Source: Holophaga sp.
Lineage (GTDB): Bacteria; Acidobacteriota; Holophagae; Holophagales; Holophagaceae
Length of the DNA: 64,000 nucleotides
Reading direction: 5' to 3'
Assembly: GCA_016715205.1 (NCBI GenBank)
Contig: JADKBC010000017.1
Span: 19,911 to 83,910, forward strand
The position numbers and the translations under genes were made by a program. Numbering within the stretch: position 1 is the first letter of the stretch; each line of letters begins with the position of its first letter. Positions 1 through 9,154 of this stretch are shown here, one piece after another. Under the pieces are notes generated by a model. That model saw only the letters and a list, made by a program, of their open reading frames with translations. It searched no databases and had not been told where the DNA came from.

Positions 1-1056
1 CGCGGCGCTGATGGTGATGGTCACGCTCTGGCTGGTGCAGCTACCAGCGGCATTGCAAAGGGTGATGGTGGGCGTGTAGGTGCCAGCGGTAGTCGGTGTG
101 CCACTGATCACGCCGGTGGCGGCGTTCAATGTCATGCCGGGAGGAATCGTCCCGGGTGCGCTGGTCAGTGTCGCATTGGTGATGGGACCCGCCGTGGTGG
201 CATTGGGTGTCACAGTCAGCGGATTGCCGACGGGGCCACTGGCGTTGGTGTAAGTGGCCACCAGCGCGGGACTGATGGTGATGGTCACGCTCTGGCTGGT
301 GCAGCTACCGGCCGCGTTGCACAGGGTAATAGTCGCCGTGTAGGTGCCGGCGGTGGTGGGGGTTCCTGAGATCGCACCGGTAGCGGCATTCAGCGTCATG
401 CCGGGAGGAATGGTGCCGGGTGCGCTGGTGAGGGTCGCACTGGTGATGGGGCCCGCTGTGGTGGCGCTGGGTGTCACGGTCAACGGATTGCCCACGGGGC
501 CACTGGCGTTGGTATAGGTGGCCACCAGCGCGGGGCTGATGGTGATGGTCACGCTCTGGCTGGTGCAGCTACCAGCGGCATTGCAAAGGGTGATGGTGGG
601 CGTGTAGGTGCCAGAGGTGGTGGGAGTTCCACTGATCGCGCCCGTGGCGGCGTTCAATGTCATGCCGGGAGGAATCGTCCCGGGTGCGCTGGTCAGTGTC
701 GCGCTGGTGATGGGACCTGCCGTGGTGGCATTGGGTGTCACAGTCAGCGGATTGCCGACGGGGCCACTGGCGTTGGTGTAGGTCGCCACCAGCGCGGCGC
801 TGATGGTGATGGTCACGCTCTGGCTGGTGCAGCTACCAGCGGCATTGCAAAGGGTGATGGTGGGCGTGTAGGTGCCAGCGGTAGTCGGTGTGCCACTGAT
901 CACGCCGGTGGCGGCGTTCAATGTCATGCCGGGAGGAATCGTCCCGGGTGCGCTGGTTAGTGTCGCGCTGGTGATGGGGCCCGCTGTAGTGGCACTGGGC
1001 GTCACGGTCAACGGATTGCCCACGGGGCCACTGGCATCGGTGTAGGTAGCCACCAG
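1..1056 (-). repeat. Four head-to-tail 264-bp (88-codon) near-identical tandem units inside the adhesin CDS
   Basis: Units start at 1, 265, 529 and 793 (cgcgg(c/g)(g/a)ctgatggtgatggtcacgctctggctggtgcagct...). Units 1 and 4 are identical for their first 165 nt. The array may continue beyond the left edge. More diverged copies of the same domain continue to about 2350. Confidence 0.95.
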
Positions 1057-2523
1057 CGCGGGTAGCACGGTGTATAGGAGGTTCGCCGTCGCCGTTCGGG
1101 CGCCATTGGTGGCAGTTACCGAGAAGGTGTAGTCGCCGATCACGGTGGGGGTGCCATTGATGGTGCCATCGGGATTCAGCGTCAATCCCAGCGGCAGTGC
1201 CCCAGAACTGAGGGTAAAGGTGGTGGTCAGAGTTGAGAGGGCATTTCCGACAGTCGCATTCTGGATCGCGATGACGCTGCCAGCAATGAACGTTCTGGGA
1301 GTCCCATAGGCCAAGGTGAGCGGCAGGTTATTCACGGTGATCTTCAGGGGCACCGTCACACAAGCTCCGCTTGCGTTGCACAAGCGGATTTCCATGGTGT
1401 ACAGGCCACTGGTGGTGGCAGTACCCGTGATGGTGCCGTTGGGATTGAGTGTCAAGCCTGGAGGCAGGCTGCCGGTAGCCAACTGCGCGCCCACCACGGG
1501 GCCGCCACTGCCAACCGTCGGCATCACGGTCACCACGGAGCCCACGGTGGTGATGTAATCGATGTAGCTCGCCGACAGGGCGGTGGCACCCACGGCATAG
1601 ATGGTGATGGTCACGTGCTGGGTGGTGAGGGCACCGGAAGCATTGCGAAGGCTGATTTCAGCCGAATAGGTGCCAGGGGTCGTGGGAGTTCCCGAAATGG
1701 AACCATTGGCATTCAGCACCATGCCGGGAGGAATGCTGCCGGAGGTGAGGGTTGCGACCACCACGGGCCCACCCGCAGTCACATTCGGAGTCACGGTCAG
1801 GGCTGTGCCCACGGGCCCCACGGCATCTGTGTAGGCTGCAACCAGAGCCGTAGAACCACTCTGGCTTACCGTGATCGTAACGGGTACCGCCACGTGGCCA
1901 CCGGCCGCATTCGCCAGATTGATGGTGAGCGGGAAAACACCGGCCGTGGTGGGAGTGCCGGAGACAACCCCTGTGATGGCATTCAAGGTCATGCCCGGGG
2001 GCAGGGATCCCTGGGCCAGTACGGCGGAAGTGGCCGGACCGCCGCTGATCACGGTGGGCGGAACGGTGAGAGGCGTCCCCACGATGGTGGAGGCATCGGT
2101 GTACTGGGCATTGATGGGGTCTGCGGCTGCGGTATTCACGGTGATCACGACCGGTCGAATGATGCACTGGCTGCCGCTGCAGAGCTGGATCTGAAGCGGG
2201 TAGACACCCGCCTGGGTGGGCGTGCCCGAGATGCTGCCATTGGGCTGTAAGGCCATACCTGGAGGCAGGGTGCCCGCACTTACGGTGGCGCTGGTAATGG
2301 GTGCGCCAGTCCTGGAAGGAACCACCGTTAAGGCCGTACCCACCGTGGTGATCGCATCCTCATAATTCGCTGCAGGCAACGGGGCCGAGGAAGCGATCTG
2401 GGCTTCCGCCACATCGCAGAATGAGCAGGTGCAGCTGATTGCGAGCCCCATCCAAAGGGAAAGGACAAGAATCAGGAGGGCATTGATCGCGGGGTTCTTG
2501 CTGAATTTCATCGGGTTCCTCAT
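1..2523 (-). CDS. Secreted/surface protein with at least 9 tandem He_PIG-type (putative Ig, dystroglycan/cadherin-like) repeats; N-terminal 841 codons only, C-terminus runs off the left edge
   Basis: The minus-strand frame is open for all 841 codons from the ATG (complement of 2521-2523) to position 1. It is absent from the supplied track because no stop lies in the window. The N-terminus MRNPMKFSKNPAINALLILVLSLWMGLAISC looks like a signal peptide. It is followed by ~88-aa units, each with (L/I)PPG(M/L)(T/A/V)LN..G.I(S/T/N)GTPT, and several with a C...C pair such as LCNAAGSC, typical of PF05345 He_PIG repeats. Confidence 0.85.
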   Translation of the reverse strand, partial: MRNPMKFSKNPAINALLILVLSLWMGLAISCTCSFCDVAEAQIASSAPLPAANYEDAITTVGTALTVVPSRTGAPITSATVSAGTLPPGMALQPNGSISGTPTQAGVYPLQIQLCSGSQCIIRPVVITVNTAAADPINAQYTDASTIVGTPLTVPPTVISGGPATSAVLAQGSLPPGMTLNAITGVVSGTPTTAGVFPLTINLANAAGGHVAVPVTITVSQSGSTALVAAYTDAVGPVGTALTVTPNVTAGGPVVVATLTSGSIPPGMVLNANGSISGTPTTPGTYSAEISLRNASGALTTQHVTITIYAVGATALSASYIDYITTVGSVVTVMPTVGSGGPVVGAQLATGSLPPGLTLNPNGTITGTATTSGLYTMEIRLCNASGACVTVPLKITVNNLPLTLAYGTPRTFIAGSVIAIQNATVGNALSTLTTTFTLSSGALPLGLTLNPDGTINGTPTVIGDYTFSVTATNGARTATANLLYTVLPALVATYTDASGPVGNPLTVTPSATTAGPITSATLTSAPGTIPPGMTLNAATGVISGTPTTAGTYTPTITLCNAAGSCTSQSVTITISAALVATYTNASGPVGNPLTVTPNATTAGPITSATLTSAPGTIPPGMTLNAATGAISGTPTTSGTYTPTITLCNAAGSCTSQSVTITISPALVATYTNASGPVGNPLTVTPSATTAGPITSATLTSAPGTIPPGMTLNAATGAISGTPTTAGTYTATITLCNAAGSCTSQSVTITISPALVATYTNASGPVGNPLTVTPNATTAGPITNATLTSAPGTIPPGMTLNAATGVISGTPTTAGTYTPTITLCNAAGSCTSQSVTITISAA

Positions 2524-2618
2524 GGCAGAACTAGCGCATTCATCGCGGTGCGAAGGGATTCAAGGCGAATGCAAATACATTCAAAGGATCGGGTTTCAGA
2601 GCCTTGAAACCCAATCTC

Positions 2619-2665
2619 ATTATCCTAAGACTAGTAAAGTTTAATTCCTTACACTTTCTTACAAT
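2619..2665 (-). promoter_or_regulatory. Candidate activator-dependent promoter of the adhesin gene: 21-nt motif ATTGTAAGAAAGTGTAAGGAA, 20-nt spacer, GATAAT
   Basis: The motif lies at 2645-2665 (gene-sense strand) with TGTAAG direct repeats 10 bp apart. The -10-like GATAAT is the complement of 2619-2624, exactly 20 nt downstream. An identical motif with identical spacing occurs at 3290-3336. Confidence 0.5.
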
Positions 2666-2829
2666 CACGATTCCCGGCCTCGTCTCCCGTTTGAATGTGA
2701 AATGGACGCTGAGGTTCCAACCGCGCCAAGCGCTGGGGCCTCCAACAGTAACGATCCGGTCACCAAAAACGACACGGGAAGGTTGAGCCCTGAACCGACA
2801 CATGGAAATGGTGCTTCTTCCGCAGCCGC

Positions 2830-3267
2830 CTATTCCTCCTGGGGAACTTCAGGTGGCTCCAATCGGCTGGCCTGGCCGTGCCGGGCGTAGGCCATGTCCT
2901 GGGTCCGAATATGGTGGGTGAGGCGCATCAGCATGTGGCCAGGAATTCTTTTGTGGAACTGGGCGCCATTTGCTAAAAAGGCAATTCGAAGCGTCTCCAT
3001 TTGAGCCAGGAACCGGCGATGCTCCGCGGCATGTGCATCCAGTCCGGGGTATCGGATGCGCCGCATATGGGCTTCCTCATCCTGGAAATGGTGCTGAGCA
3101 TATTTCTGAAGGGAATCCATGACGACATCAAGCTCGGCCACGATGCGCCCTTCCCGCATGGCCTCATCCAGGTGATAAAGCGTCCGAAAAAGTCCCTGGT
3201 GTTGCCAATCGAGGGCAGGGATACCCATCCCAAGGCCCACAAATGCGCTGTATGGCAGATCCACCAT
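2830..3267 (-). CDS. Bacteriohemerythrin-like protein (hemerythrin HHE cation-binding domain)
   Basis: Matches the di-iron hemerythrin ligand pattern: LDWQHQGLF..., HHFQDEEAHM...YPGLDAHAAEHRRF..., LTHHIRTQD. The start was moved to the internal ATG at 3267 (MVDLPYS...) because the longer ORF (to 3402) would overlap the response-regulator 3' end and the 21-bp motif. Confidence 0.8.
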   Translation of the reverse strand: MVDLPYSAFVGLGMGIPALDWQHQGLFRTLYHLDEAMREGRIVAELDVVMDSLQKYAQHHFQDEEAHMRRIRYPGLDAHAAEHRRFLAQMETLRIAFLANGAQFHKRIPGHMLMRLTHHIRTQDMAYARHGQASRLEPPEVPQEE

Positions 3268-3289
3268 GGAATGTCCGTCCGAAGCTCTG

Positions 3290-3336
3290 ATTATTGAGGG
3301 GACGGCGCATGGGGGTTCCTTACACTTTCTTACAAT
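3290..3336 (-). promoter_or_regulatory. Candidate activator-dependent promoter of the hemerythrin gene: same 21-nt motif, 20-nt spacer, AATAAT
   Basis: The motif at 3316-3336 is identical to 2645-2665. The -10-like AATAAT is the complement of 3290-3295, again exactly 20 nt downstream. The motif abuts the stop codon (3338-3340) of the OmpR-family regulator. Confidence 0.5.
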
Positions 3337-3337
3337 T

Positions 3338-4108
3338 TCAGGCTGAATCCTCATCCTGCGCATTGGCTGAAGCAATGCAGAGAAACGCATAGCCTCTGCC
3401 ATGACGGGCGCGCACGGGCAACGGTTCTCCAGGGCAAAGGCGCTGGACCTTGCTCCGTAGCCGACTCAACAGCGTTTCCATGCGGCGCATGGCATAGATA
3501 TCTGGCACATGATCCAGGGCCCGCGCCAAATCCTCGCGATCCACTACTTCCCCGGAAGAAGCCAGCAGAGGCGTCAGGAAGCGCAACTCATTATCCGTAA
3601 GCTCCACGCTGGTGCCCGAGGGCGCCAGCAGGCAGGATTTCGCGGAGTCCAGGCGCCATGCTCCCGGGGCTGGTTTTTGCACCGAAGCCAGGCGGCGATA
3701 AAGGCTTCCCAGGGCGGAGGCCAGTTCCCGCAGATCCACGGGCTTGGCAAAGTAGAGATCCGCCCCGCAATCCAACCCCCGCACGCGATCATCAAGTTTG
3801 CCCCGGGCAGTGAGCATGATGATGCCGATGTGCGGCCGATGCCGCCGCAGGCGAGTGGCGATGGAATAGCCGTCCTCATCGGGCAGGCCGATATCCAGGA
3901 TCACGATATCGGGTTCCGCAGTGGCCATGGCCTGATCAAGCGCCCTTCCCGAGGCCACACCCGTAACTGTGATGCCGAAGTGATCCAACCCCTTCACGAG
4001 GTATTCCCGCATCAATCGAGAATCCTCGCAGGCGTAAACCCTTCCTTTGAACGGCTCGCGACCGTTCACATCGACCTTGGTATCCAGGGACGAGGGTTTG
4101 GGGGTCAT
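3338..4108 (-). CDS. OmpR/PhoB-family response regulator (REC + winged helix)
   Basis: Receiver domain with DIVILDIGLPDEDG and IIMLTARG. The C-terminal trans_reg_C-like region includes LTDNELRFLTPLL...RLRSKV...RGRGYAF. No histidine kinase is adjacent. Confidence 0.9.
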   Translation of the reverse strand: MTPKPSSLDTKVDVNGREPFKGRVYACEDSRLMREYLVKGLDHFGITVTGVASGRALDQAMATAEPDIVILDIGLPDEDGYSIATRLRRHRPHIGIIMLTARGKLDDRVRGLDCGADLYFAKPVDLRELASALGSLYRRLASVQKPAPGAWRLDSAKSCLLAPSGTSVELTDNELRFLTPLLASSGEVVDREDLARALDHVPDIYAMRRMETLLSRLRSKVQRLCPGEPLPVRARHGRGYAFLCIASANAQDEDSA

Positions 4109-4142
4109 GTTCAGCGGTGGTCCTAAGCGTCATCCCCATTGA

Positions 4143-6530
4143 TCAGAACTGGAACTTGACCCTCGTGGCCCAGGTGCGTGGGGGCGTGACATGGGTACCG
4201 CCAAAGGTGCTGAGGAAATTGTAGAGGCCTTTCGCATTAAAGGCATTGAGAAGGTCGGCGCCAAATACGAGTCGGCGTTTGCCGCCCAGGCCCAATTCCT
4301 TGCCCAGGCTCAGATTCCAGGTGGTGCGGGGCTTCACCCGCCAGGTGCCTTCCGAATCCTGTCGAACATAGGGGATGCCGAATTCCAGATCAGGATCGCC
4401 CAGGGCTTCGGTCGGATTCTTGGCCACCAGTCCGGAATCATATCGACCCACCACCTGGGCAAACAACCCGTTCTCTTCGTATCGAAGCCCGAGTTGACCG
4501 GCTAGCTTCTGGTCATGGTCGATGAGAAATCGCTCGCCTGGGACCGCTTCGGGGGCTTCCAGTTGCAGCCCTCCCACCACCGGCGCCTGGAAGATCGCCC
4601 GGGTCTTGCCCAGGCTCAGGTAGGCGGAAAAACCATGGATCGGCACTAGGTCAACGCGCAGATCCACGCCCCGGAAAAGCCCCTGCTCCGCCGCAATGGG
4701 GAAGAGAATCCCCGTGTTCAAGAACTGGGCGTTATCCCCGGAATCCCGCGAATGCTTTTCCCAGTAATCGAGCGTCAAGCGGCCCACCTTGCCGAACTGC
4801 TGTTCGGCGCCGAGGGTGAAACTATGCTGGGTTTCGGGTTTCAGTGTGGGAACCGGCGTGCCGGCGTTCGGGCCCAGATCCCAGGCTCGCTGGGAGGTAG
4901 ACAATGCCAGGTTCTCGTTTTCCCTCGTGATGAGGAGGCGGTCGTACGACGCCCGCAGGATGGTACGCGTGGCAAAGGTGTAGGAGATGCCCAACCGGGG
5001 CTGCACCAGACCTTGATCCACGTTGCGCATGCTGAAACGATCGTACCGCAAGCCCAGGGCCAGGAACCAGCGATTCAGGTGCACATCGCTCTGCATAAAC
5101 ACGGAGGCCAACGTGGGTTTGATCCGTTCGTCAAACGTGAAGATGTGGCCGCCACCACTGGGTGTGTAGGCATACAAGGGGCTGGCGGTATCCACTTGGC
5201 CATCCTGGGTGATGGCAAACCGGAACTGCTCATGGATGGGAAAGGCCACGTATTGCAGGCCCAGCTTTACCGTGCTGCCCCCTGGGAAACGCCGGGTCAA
5301 CGCGGTCTGGGCACCCCAGTTTTCAAGGCTGCGGTCCTGGTGGACCCACACCGGCGTGTCAGGCCCGCCGGCGGAAAAACCAGGTGCCAAATCGCGCGTG
5401 GGATTTAGCTTCGAAGTGGCGCGCCGGTGGTAGAACGCCGCATCCAGGCTGGTGTCGGCGCTGAAGAGGTGGCTCCACCCCAGGCTGCCATTGAAATCCG
5501 TGGTGAGGGCTTGCTGGTTCATGCCCGCCTGTTCCTGCGAGGCCAGGTTCACGACGTCCCGATCGGTGCGGCCACCGCTCAGGGAGGCGCGAAGGGTATC
5601 CCGGTCTGAAAGCAGCCAATCAAAGCGGGTGAAAACGCGCCGAGTGCTGCCTTGGTTGTGGAGGTTTTCGAAATTGACGGGATCCAAAAATCGATCACTG
5701 CGACTGGCGGCGGAGGTCACAAAGTAGCCGAAGTGATCTGAGCCACCACGCAAGGAAACACTTGCTTCCGTGGTCTTGAAGCGGCTCACACCCAAGGTCA
5801 GCTCGCCTTCCAGGTCATTGGCCATGCCAAGGCCCGACTTGGTGGTCATGTTGATTACCGTGACGGGCTTGCCGCCGTATTCAGCAGCAATGCCCCCGGT
5901 GATGATCTCCATGCTTTCCACCTGGGCCGGATCCAGGCTGTTGGAAAAGGTGGCCTGCATCTGGTCACTGACGGGAATGCCGTCGATGACGTACGTGGCC
6001 TGGCCGTGGCTGCCCCGGAAATGGAACCGGCCGTTCTCATCCGCGATAAAACCTGGCGTAGTGAGCAGGATGGATTCCAGGGCACGGCTTTGCACCGCTG
6101 CGGGCATGCGCTCGATGGTGGTCTTGTCGATGTCGAGGTGCACGGAAGGGTGATCTTCCACGATGGAGAGGGTTTCCTCCACGGCCACCACCGCGCCCTG
6201 GGATTTCAAGGGAATCTGGAGGTCCAAGGGGAGCGTGCTCCGCAATTCCACGGTTTGGTGAATGGGATCCATCCCCGAGGCAAAAACCTCCAAGTGGTAG
6301 TCATTGAAGGGGACATTGAAAAACCCAAACCGCCCTTGGGCATCGGGCTGGGCGCTTTGCCGATAGCCCGACACCTTGTTCAGGAGAATCACTTTGGCCT
6401 GGGCCACGGGGCGGCCCCGGTCATCCACCAGGCGTCCAGTGAGGCTGGCGCTGGCGGCCGCCATCATGGCTGGAGCTGCGGCCATACCTAGAATGACAAG
6501 CGATAGAGAGAATCGAAACAAAGGGTGCAT
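4143..6530 (-). CDS. TonB-dependent receptor-like outer-membrane protein with N-terminal CarboxypepD_reg domain
   Basis: A signal peptide is followed by LTGRLVDDRGRPVAQAKVILLN...GRFGFFNVPFNDYHLEV, then plug and barrel-like sequence ending in the aromatic ...RVKFQF. The start was moved to ATG 6530 (MHPLFRF...). Confidence 0.85.
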   Translation of the reverse strand: MHPLFRFSLSLVILGMAAAPAMMAAASASLTGRLVDDRGRPVAQAKVILLNKVSGYRQSAQPDAQGRFGFFNVPFNDYHLEVFASGMDPIHQTVELRSTLPLDLQIPLKSQGAVVAVEETLSIVEDHPSVHLDIDKTTIERMPAAVQSRALESILLTTPGFIADENGRFHFRGSHGQATYVIDGIPVSDQMQATFSNSLDPAQVESMEIITGGIAAEYGGKPVTVINMTTKSGLGMANDLEGELTLGVSRFKTTEASVSLRGGSDHFGYFVTSAASRSDRFLDPVNFENLHNQGSTRRVFTRFDWLLSDRDTLRASLSGGRTDRDVVNLASQEQAGMNQQALTTDFNGSLGWSHLFSADTSLDAAFYHRRATSKLNPTRDLAPGFSAGGPDTPVWVHQDRSLENWGAQTALTRRFPGGSTVKLGLQYVAFPIHEQFRFAITQDGQVDTASPLYAYTPSGGGHIFTFDERIKPTLASVFMQSDVHLNRWFLALGLRYDRFSMRNVDQGLVQPRLGISYTFATRTILRASYDRLLITRENENLALSTSQRAWDLGPNAGTPVPTLKPETQHSFTLGAEQQFGKVGRLTLDYWEKHSRDSGDNAQFLNTGILFPIAAEQGLFRGVDLRVDLVPIHGFSAYLSLGKTRAIFQAPVVGGLQLEAPEAVPGERFLIDHDQKLAGQLGLRYEENGLFAQVVGRYDSGLVAKNPTEALGDPDLEFGIPYVRQDSEGTWRVKPRTTWNLSLGKELGLGGKRRLVFGADLLNAFNAKGLYNFLSTFGGTHVTPPRTWATRVKFQF

Positions 6531-6686
6531 GGGTATTCCTTCGAAGATCCAGGGTATTACAAATAGAAACGATTTCCAATAAACACTCAAAAACAATTAC
6601 CCTGATGCGCCTTGGATGCCCTAAACCGCCGTCGCCCTGCTGCGAATCCATCCCGTGAAGCCGAACCCGCGGCCGGAGGCATTGAC

Positions 6687-7919
6687 ATGAAGCGTAGGAA
6701 CATCTGGATGTTGGCCGGGGGCGCGCTGCTGATCGTGATCATCGGGGTGGCTGCCACCCGCGGTGACAAGGGCCTGCCCGTGCAGGTGACTGCCGTGAAC
6801 CGGGAAACCATCACCGCCAAGGTGAGCGCCAACGGGAAAGTCCAAGCGGTGGCCAAGGTGGATATCTCGGCCAACATCATGGGCCAGGTCACACGCCTGG
6901 CTGTCAAGGAAGGCGATTTCGTCAAGAAGGGCCAGTTCATCATGGAGATCGACCCAAGTCGCTCCCGAGCCAACGCCGAAAGCCTCCAGGCCAATGTGGA
7001 AGCCGCCAACACAGAATTCCAGAGCGCGGAAGCCCGGCTGGCCCAGGCCAAGGCCGATTTCACCCGCGCGGAAGCCAATCGCAAAGCGGGCATCATCGCC
7101 CAGGCGGATTTCGAGCAGCAGCGCACGGCCCTCACCACCGCCACTAACACCGCCCAGTCCGCCCGCCGGCGAGTCGAGCAGGCCAAGGCTGATCTTCGCG
7201 GGGCCTCCGTCAGCCTGCGCTATTCCACCATCACCGCCCCCATGGATGGCGTGGTGACCGCCCGCCGCATTGAGCAGGGCGAAACCGCCGTCATCGGCGT
7301 TCAGAATCAAGCTGGCACCGTGCTGGTCACCATTTCCGACATGAGCAAGGTGGAAGCCGAACTGGAAGTCGACGAAGCCTCCATCCCCAACGTCAAGCTG
7401 GGCCAGAATGCCCAGGTGCGCATCGACGCCTATCCCAACCAGAGTTTTGATGCGGTGGTGACGGAAGTGGGTGGTAGCCCCCTGCTGAAGCTCACTCAAA
7501 ACGAAGCCACCAAGTTCAAGGTCAAGGTGCAGATGAAAAATCCGCCCCTCACCATCAAGCCGGGCCTCAGTGCCCAGGCGGAAATCTTCACGGGCAGCCG
7601 GGAGAACGCACTGGCCATCCCGCTTCAGGCCCTGGTGATGAAGGAAATCAAGCTAAAGGACGGCGAGAAAGCCAAGCCCGGCGCCGCCAAGGAAGAAGAA
7701 GGCGTCTACCTGATGGAGGGCGGGAAAGCCAAGTTCGTGCCCGTCAAGACCGGCCTCATGGGCGAATTGAATGTGGAAGTCACCGAAGGCCTCAAGGGTG
7801 GCGAGAGCGTGGTGACGGGCCCCTTCCGCACCCTGCGCGACCTCAAGGGCGGCGAAACCGTTCGCGTGGATAAAACCCGCAAAGGCAGTGCCGCGCCCGA
7901 CGAACGCAAGGCGAGCTGA
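6687..7919 (+). CDS. HlyD/MacA-family periplasmic adaptor (membrane fusion protein)
   Basis: N-terminal TM anchor (MKRRNIWMLAGGALLIVIIGV), lipoyl-like hairpin and long coiled coil (ANAESLQANVEAANTEFQSAEARLAQAKADF). GGAGG lies 7 nt upstream of ATG 6687. Confidence 0.85.
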   Translation: MKRRNIWMLAGGALLIVIIGVAATRGDKGLPVQVTAVNRETITAKVSANGKVQAVAKVDISANIMGQVTRLAVKEGDFVKKGQFIMEIDPSRSRANAESLQANVEAANTEFQSAEARLAQAKADFTRAEANRKAGIIAQADFEQQRTALTTATNTAQSARRRVEQAKADLRGASVSLRYSTITAPMDGVVTARRIEQGETAVIGVQNQAGTVLVTISDMSKVEAELEVDEASIPNVKLGQNAQVRIDAYPNQSFDAVVTEVGGSPLLKLTQNEATKFKVKVQMKNPPLTIKPGLSAQAEIFTGSRENALAIPLQALVMKEIKLKDGEKAKPGAAKEEEGVYLMEGGKAKFVPVKTGLMGELNVEVTEGLKGGESVVTGPFRTLRDLKGGETVRVDKTRKGSAAPDERKAS

Positions 7920-7928
7920 GCCGAACGC

Positions 7929-9152
7929 ATGAACTATCGTGAACTGTTCCGGGTGGCGCTCCGTGCGCTTCGGGCACACAAGCTGAGGAGCTTTCTCACG
8001 CTGTTGGGCGTCATTATCGGCGTCACGACCATCGTGGGCGTGGTGAGTGTCATCAGTGGCTTGAACACCTACGTGCGAGAAAAAGTCATCGTTCTTTCTC
8101 CGGATGTCTACATCCTCACCCGGTTCGGCATCATCCAGAGCCGGAAGGAATTTCTGGATGCCCTCAAACGCCCACCCATCACCTGGAGCGAGTACGAACG
8201 CACCGCAAGCTCGATCCAGAGAGCCACCATGGTGGGGGTTGGAACCGGGCGCAGTGGGGCCGTCAACTTTGGCAAGAAACGCTTGGCTGATATCACTGTC
8301 ACCGGTGTAACGCCCAATTTCGCGCAGCTCTTCAGTCTAGAATTCGAATCAGGCAGCTTTTTCACCGAGCGGGAAAACGACGCGTTCCAACCTGTGGCGG
8401 TCATTGGCGCGAACATCCGTGACGAGTTGTTCCCTGGCCTGGACCCCATCGGCAAAACCATTCTGGTGCGTGGCCTGCCCTTCCGGGTGATCGGGCTCAT
8501 GCCCAAACAGGGTCGCAGCATCGGTTTCACCCAGGACAACCGTGTCTACGTTCCGGTGCAGGTCTATCGCACCAATTTCATGCCTACCAACCAATCGCTG
8601 GAAATCTACATCAAGGCGGCAGGTGGTATTCCTGGCATGGATGCTTCCATGGACGAAACCCGCGCGTTGTTCCGCGCCATGCGTCACACCAGCTTCCGGG
8701 CACCGGATCCCTTCGGCGTGATCACCCAGGAGGCTGCCCAGCAGATCTGGCGCCAGATCAGCGGCGCCGCCTTCATCTTGATGATCCTGGTGGCCTCCGT
8801 GAGCCTGGGCGTGGGTGGCATCGTCATCATGAACATCATGCTGGTGAGCGTTACCGAGCGCACACCCGAGATCGGCATTCGCCTCGCCATCGGCGCCCGG
8901 AAAAAAGATATCCGCCGACAGTTTCTGTTGGAGGCCGCCCTCCTTTCCATGGCAGGTGGCGTGGTGGGTGTGCTGATGGGCAGCGCCATCGCCCTGCTTG
9001 TCAAAGCCGTGGCTGGTTTTCCCGCAGAAGTCACCCTTGGCATCGTATTCACCAGCATCACCCTTTCCACCCTGGTGGGCTTGGCGGCGGGATTCCTGCC
9101 CGCGCGCCGCGCGTCCAACCTCGTCGTCATCGACGCCATCCGAGCGGAGTAA
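7929..9152 (+). CDS. MacB/FtsX-type ABC transporter permease
   Basis: MacB_PCD-like periplasmic domain between TM1 and a C-terminal FtsX 3-TM bundle. Motif [21 protein letters not shown]. Confidence 0.9.
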   Translation: MNYRELFRVALRALRAHKLRSFLTLLGVIIGVTTIVGVVSVISGLNTYVREKVIVLSPDVYILTRFGIIQSRKEFLDALKRPPITWSEYERTASSIQRATMVGVGTGRSGAVNFGKKRLADITVTGVTPNFAQLFSLEFESGSFFTERENDAFQPVAVIGANIRDELFPGLDPIGKTILVRGLPFRVIGLMPKQGRSIGFTQDNRVYVPVQVYRTNFMPTNQSLEIYIKAAGGIPGMDASMDETRALFRAMRHTSFRAPDPFGVITQEAAQQIWRQISGAAFILMILVASVSLGVGGIVIMNIMLVSVTERTPEIGIRLAIGARKKDIRRQFLLEAALLSMAGGVVGVLMGSAIALLVKAVAGFPAEVTLGIVFTSITLSTLVGLAAGFLPARRASNLVVIDAIRAE

Positions 9153-9154
9153 CC

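Noticed and set aside
1-1056. Regular tandem repeats that could be mistaken for a CRISPR or satellite array
   Set aside because: The units are 264 bp and contiguous with no unique spacers, they are in-frame multiples of 3, and they translate into Ig-like domains. They are coding domain repeats, not CRISPR.
1316-2250. Plus- and minus-strand ORFs 1316..1558, 1615..2250, 1658..2167 and 1871..2194
   Set aside because: All lie inside the 841-codon He_PIG-repeat frame on the minus strand. Their translations are repetitive low-complexity strings produced by reading the repeats in other frames.
2830-3402. Full 190-aa version of the hemerythrin ORF and the ORF 2540..2803, both containing IVRKCKE
   Set aside because: The shared peptide is just the translation of the duplicated 21-bp motif. 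The N-terminal extension overlaps the response-regulator stop and has no hemerythrin homology, so the motif is treated as regulatory DNA.
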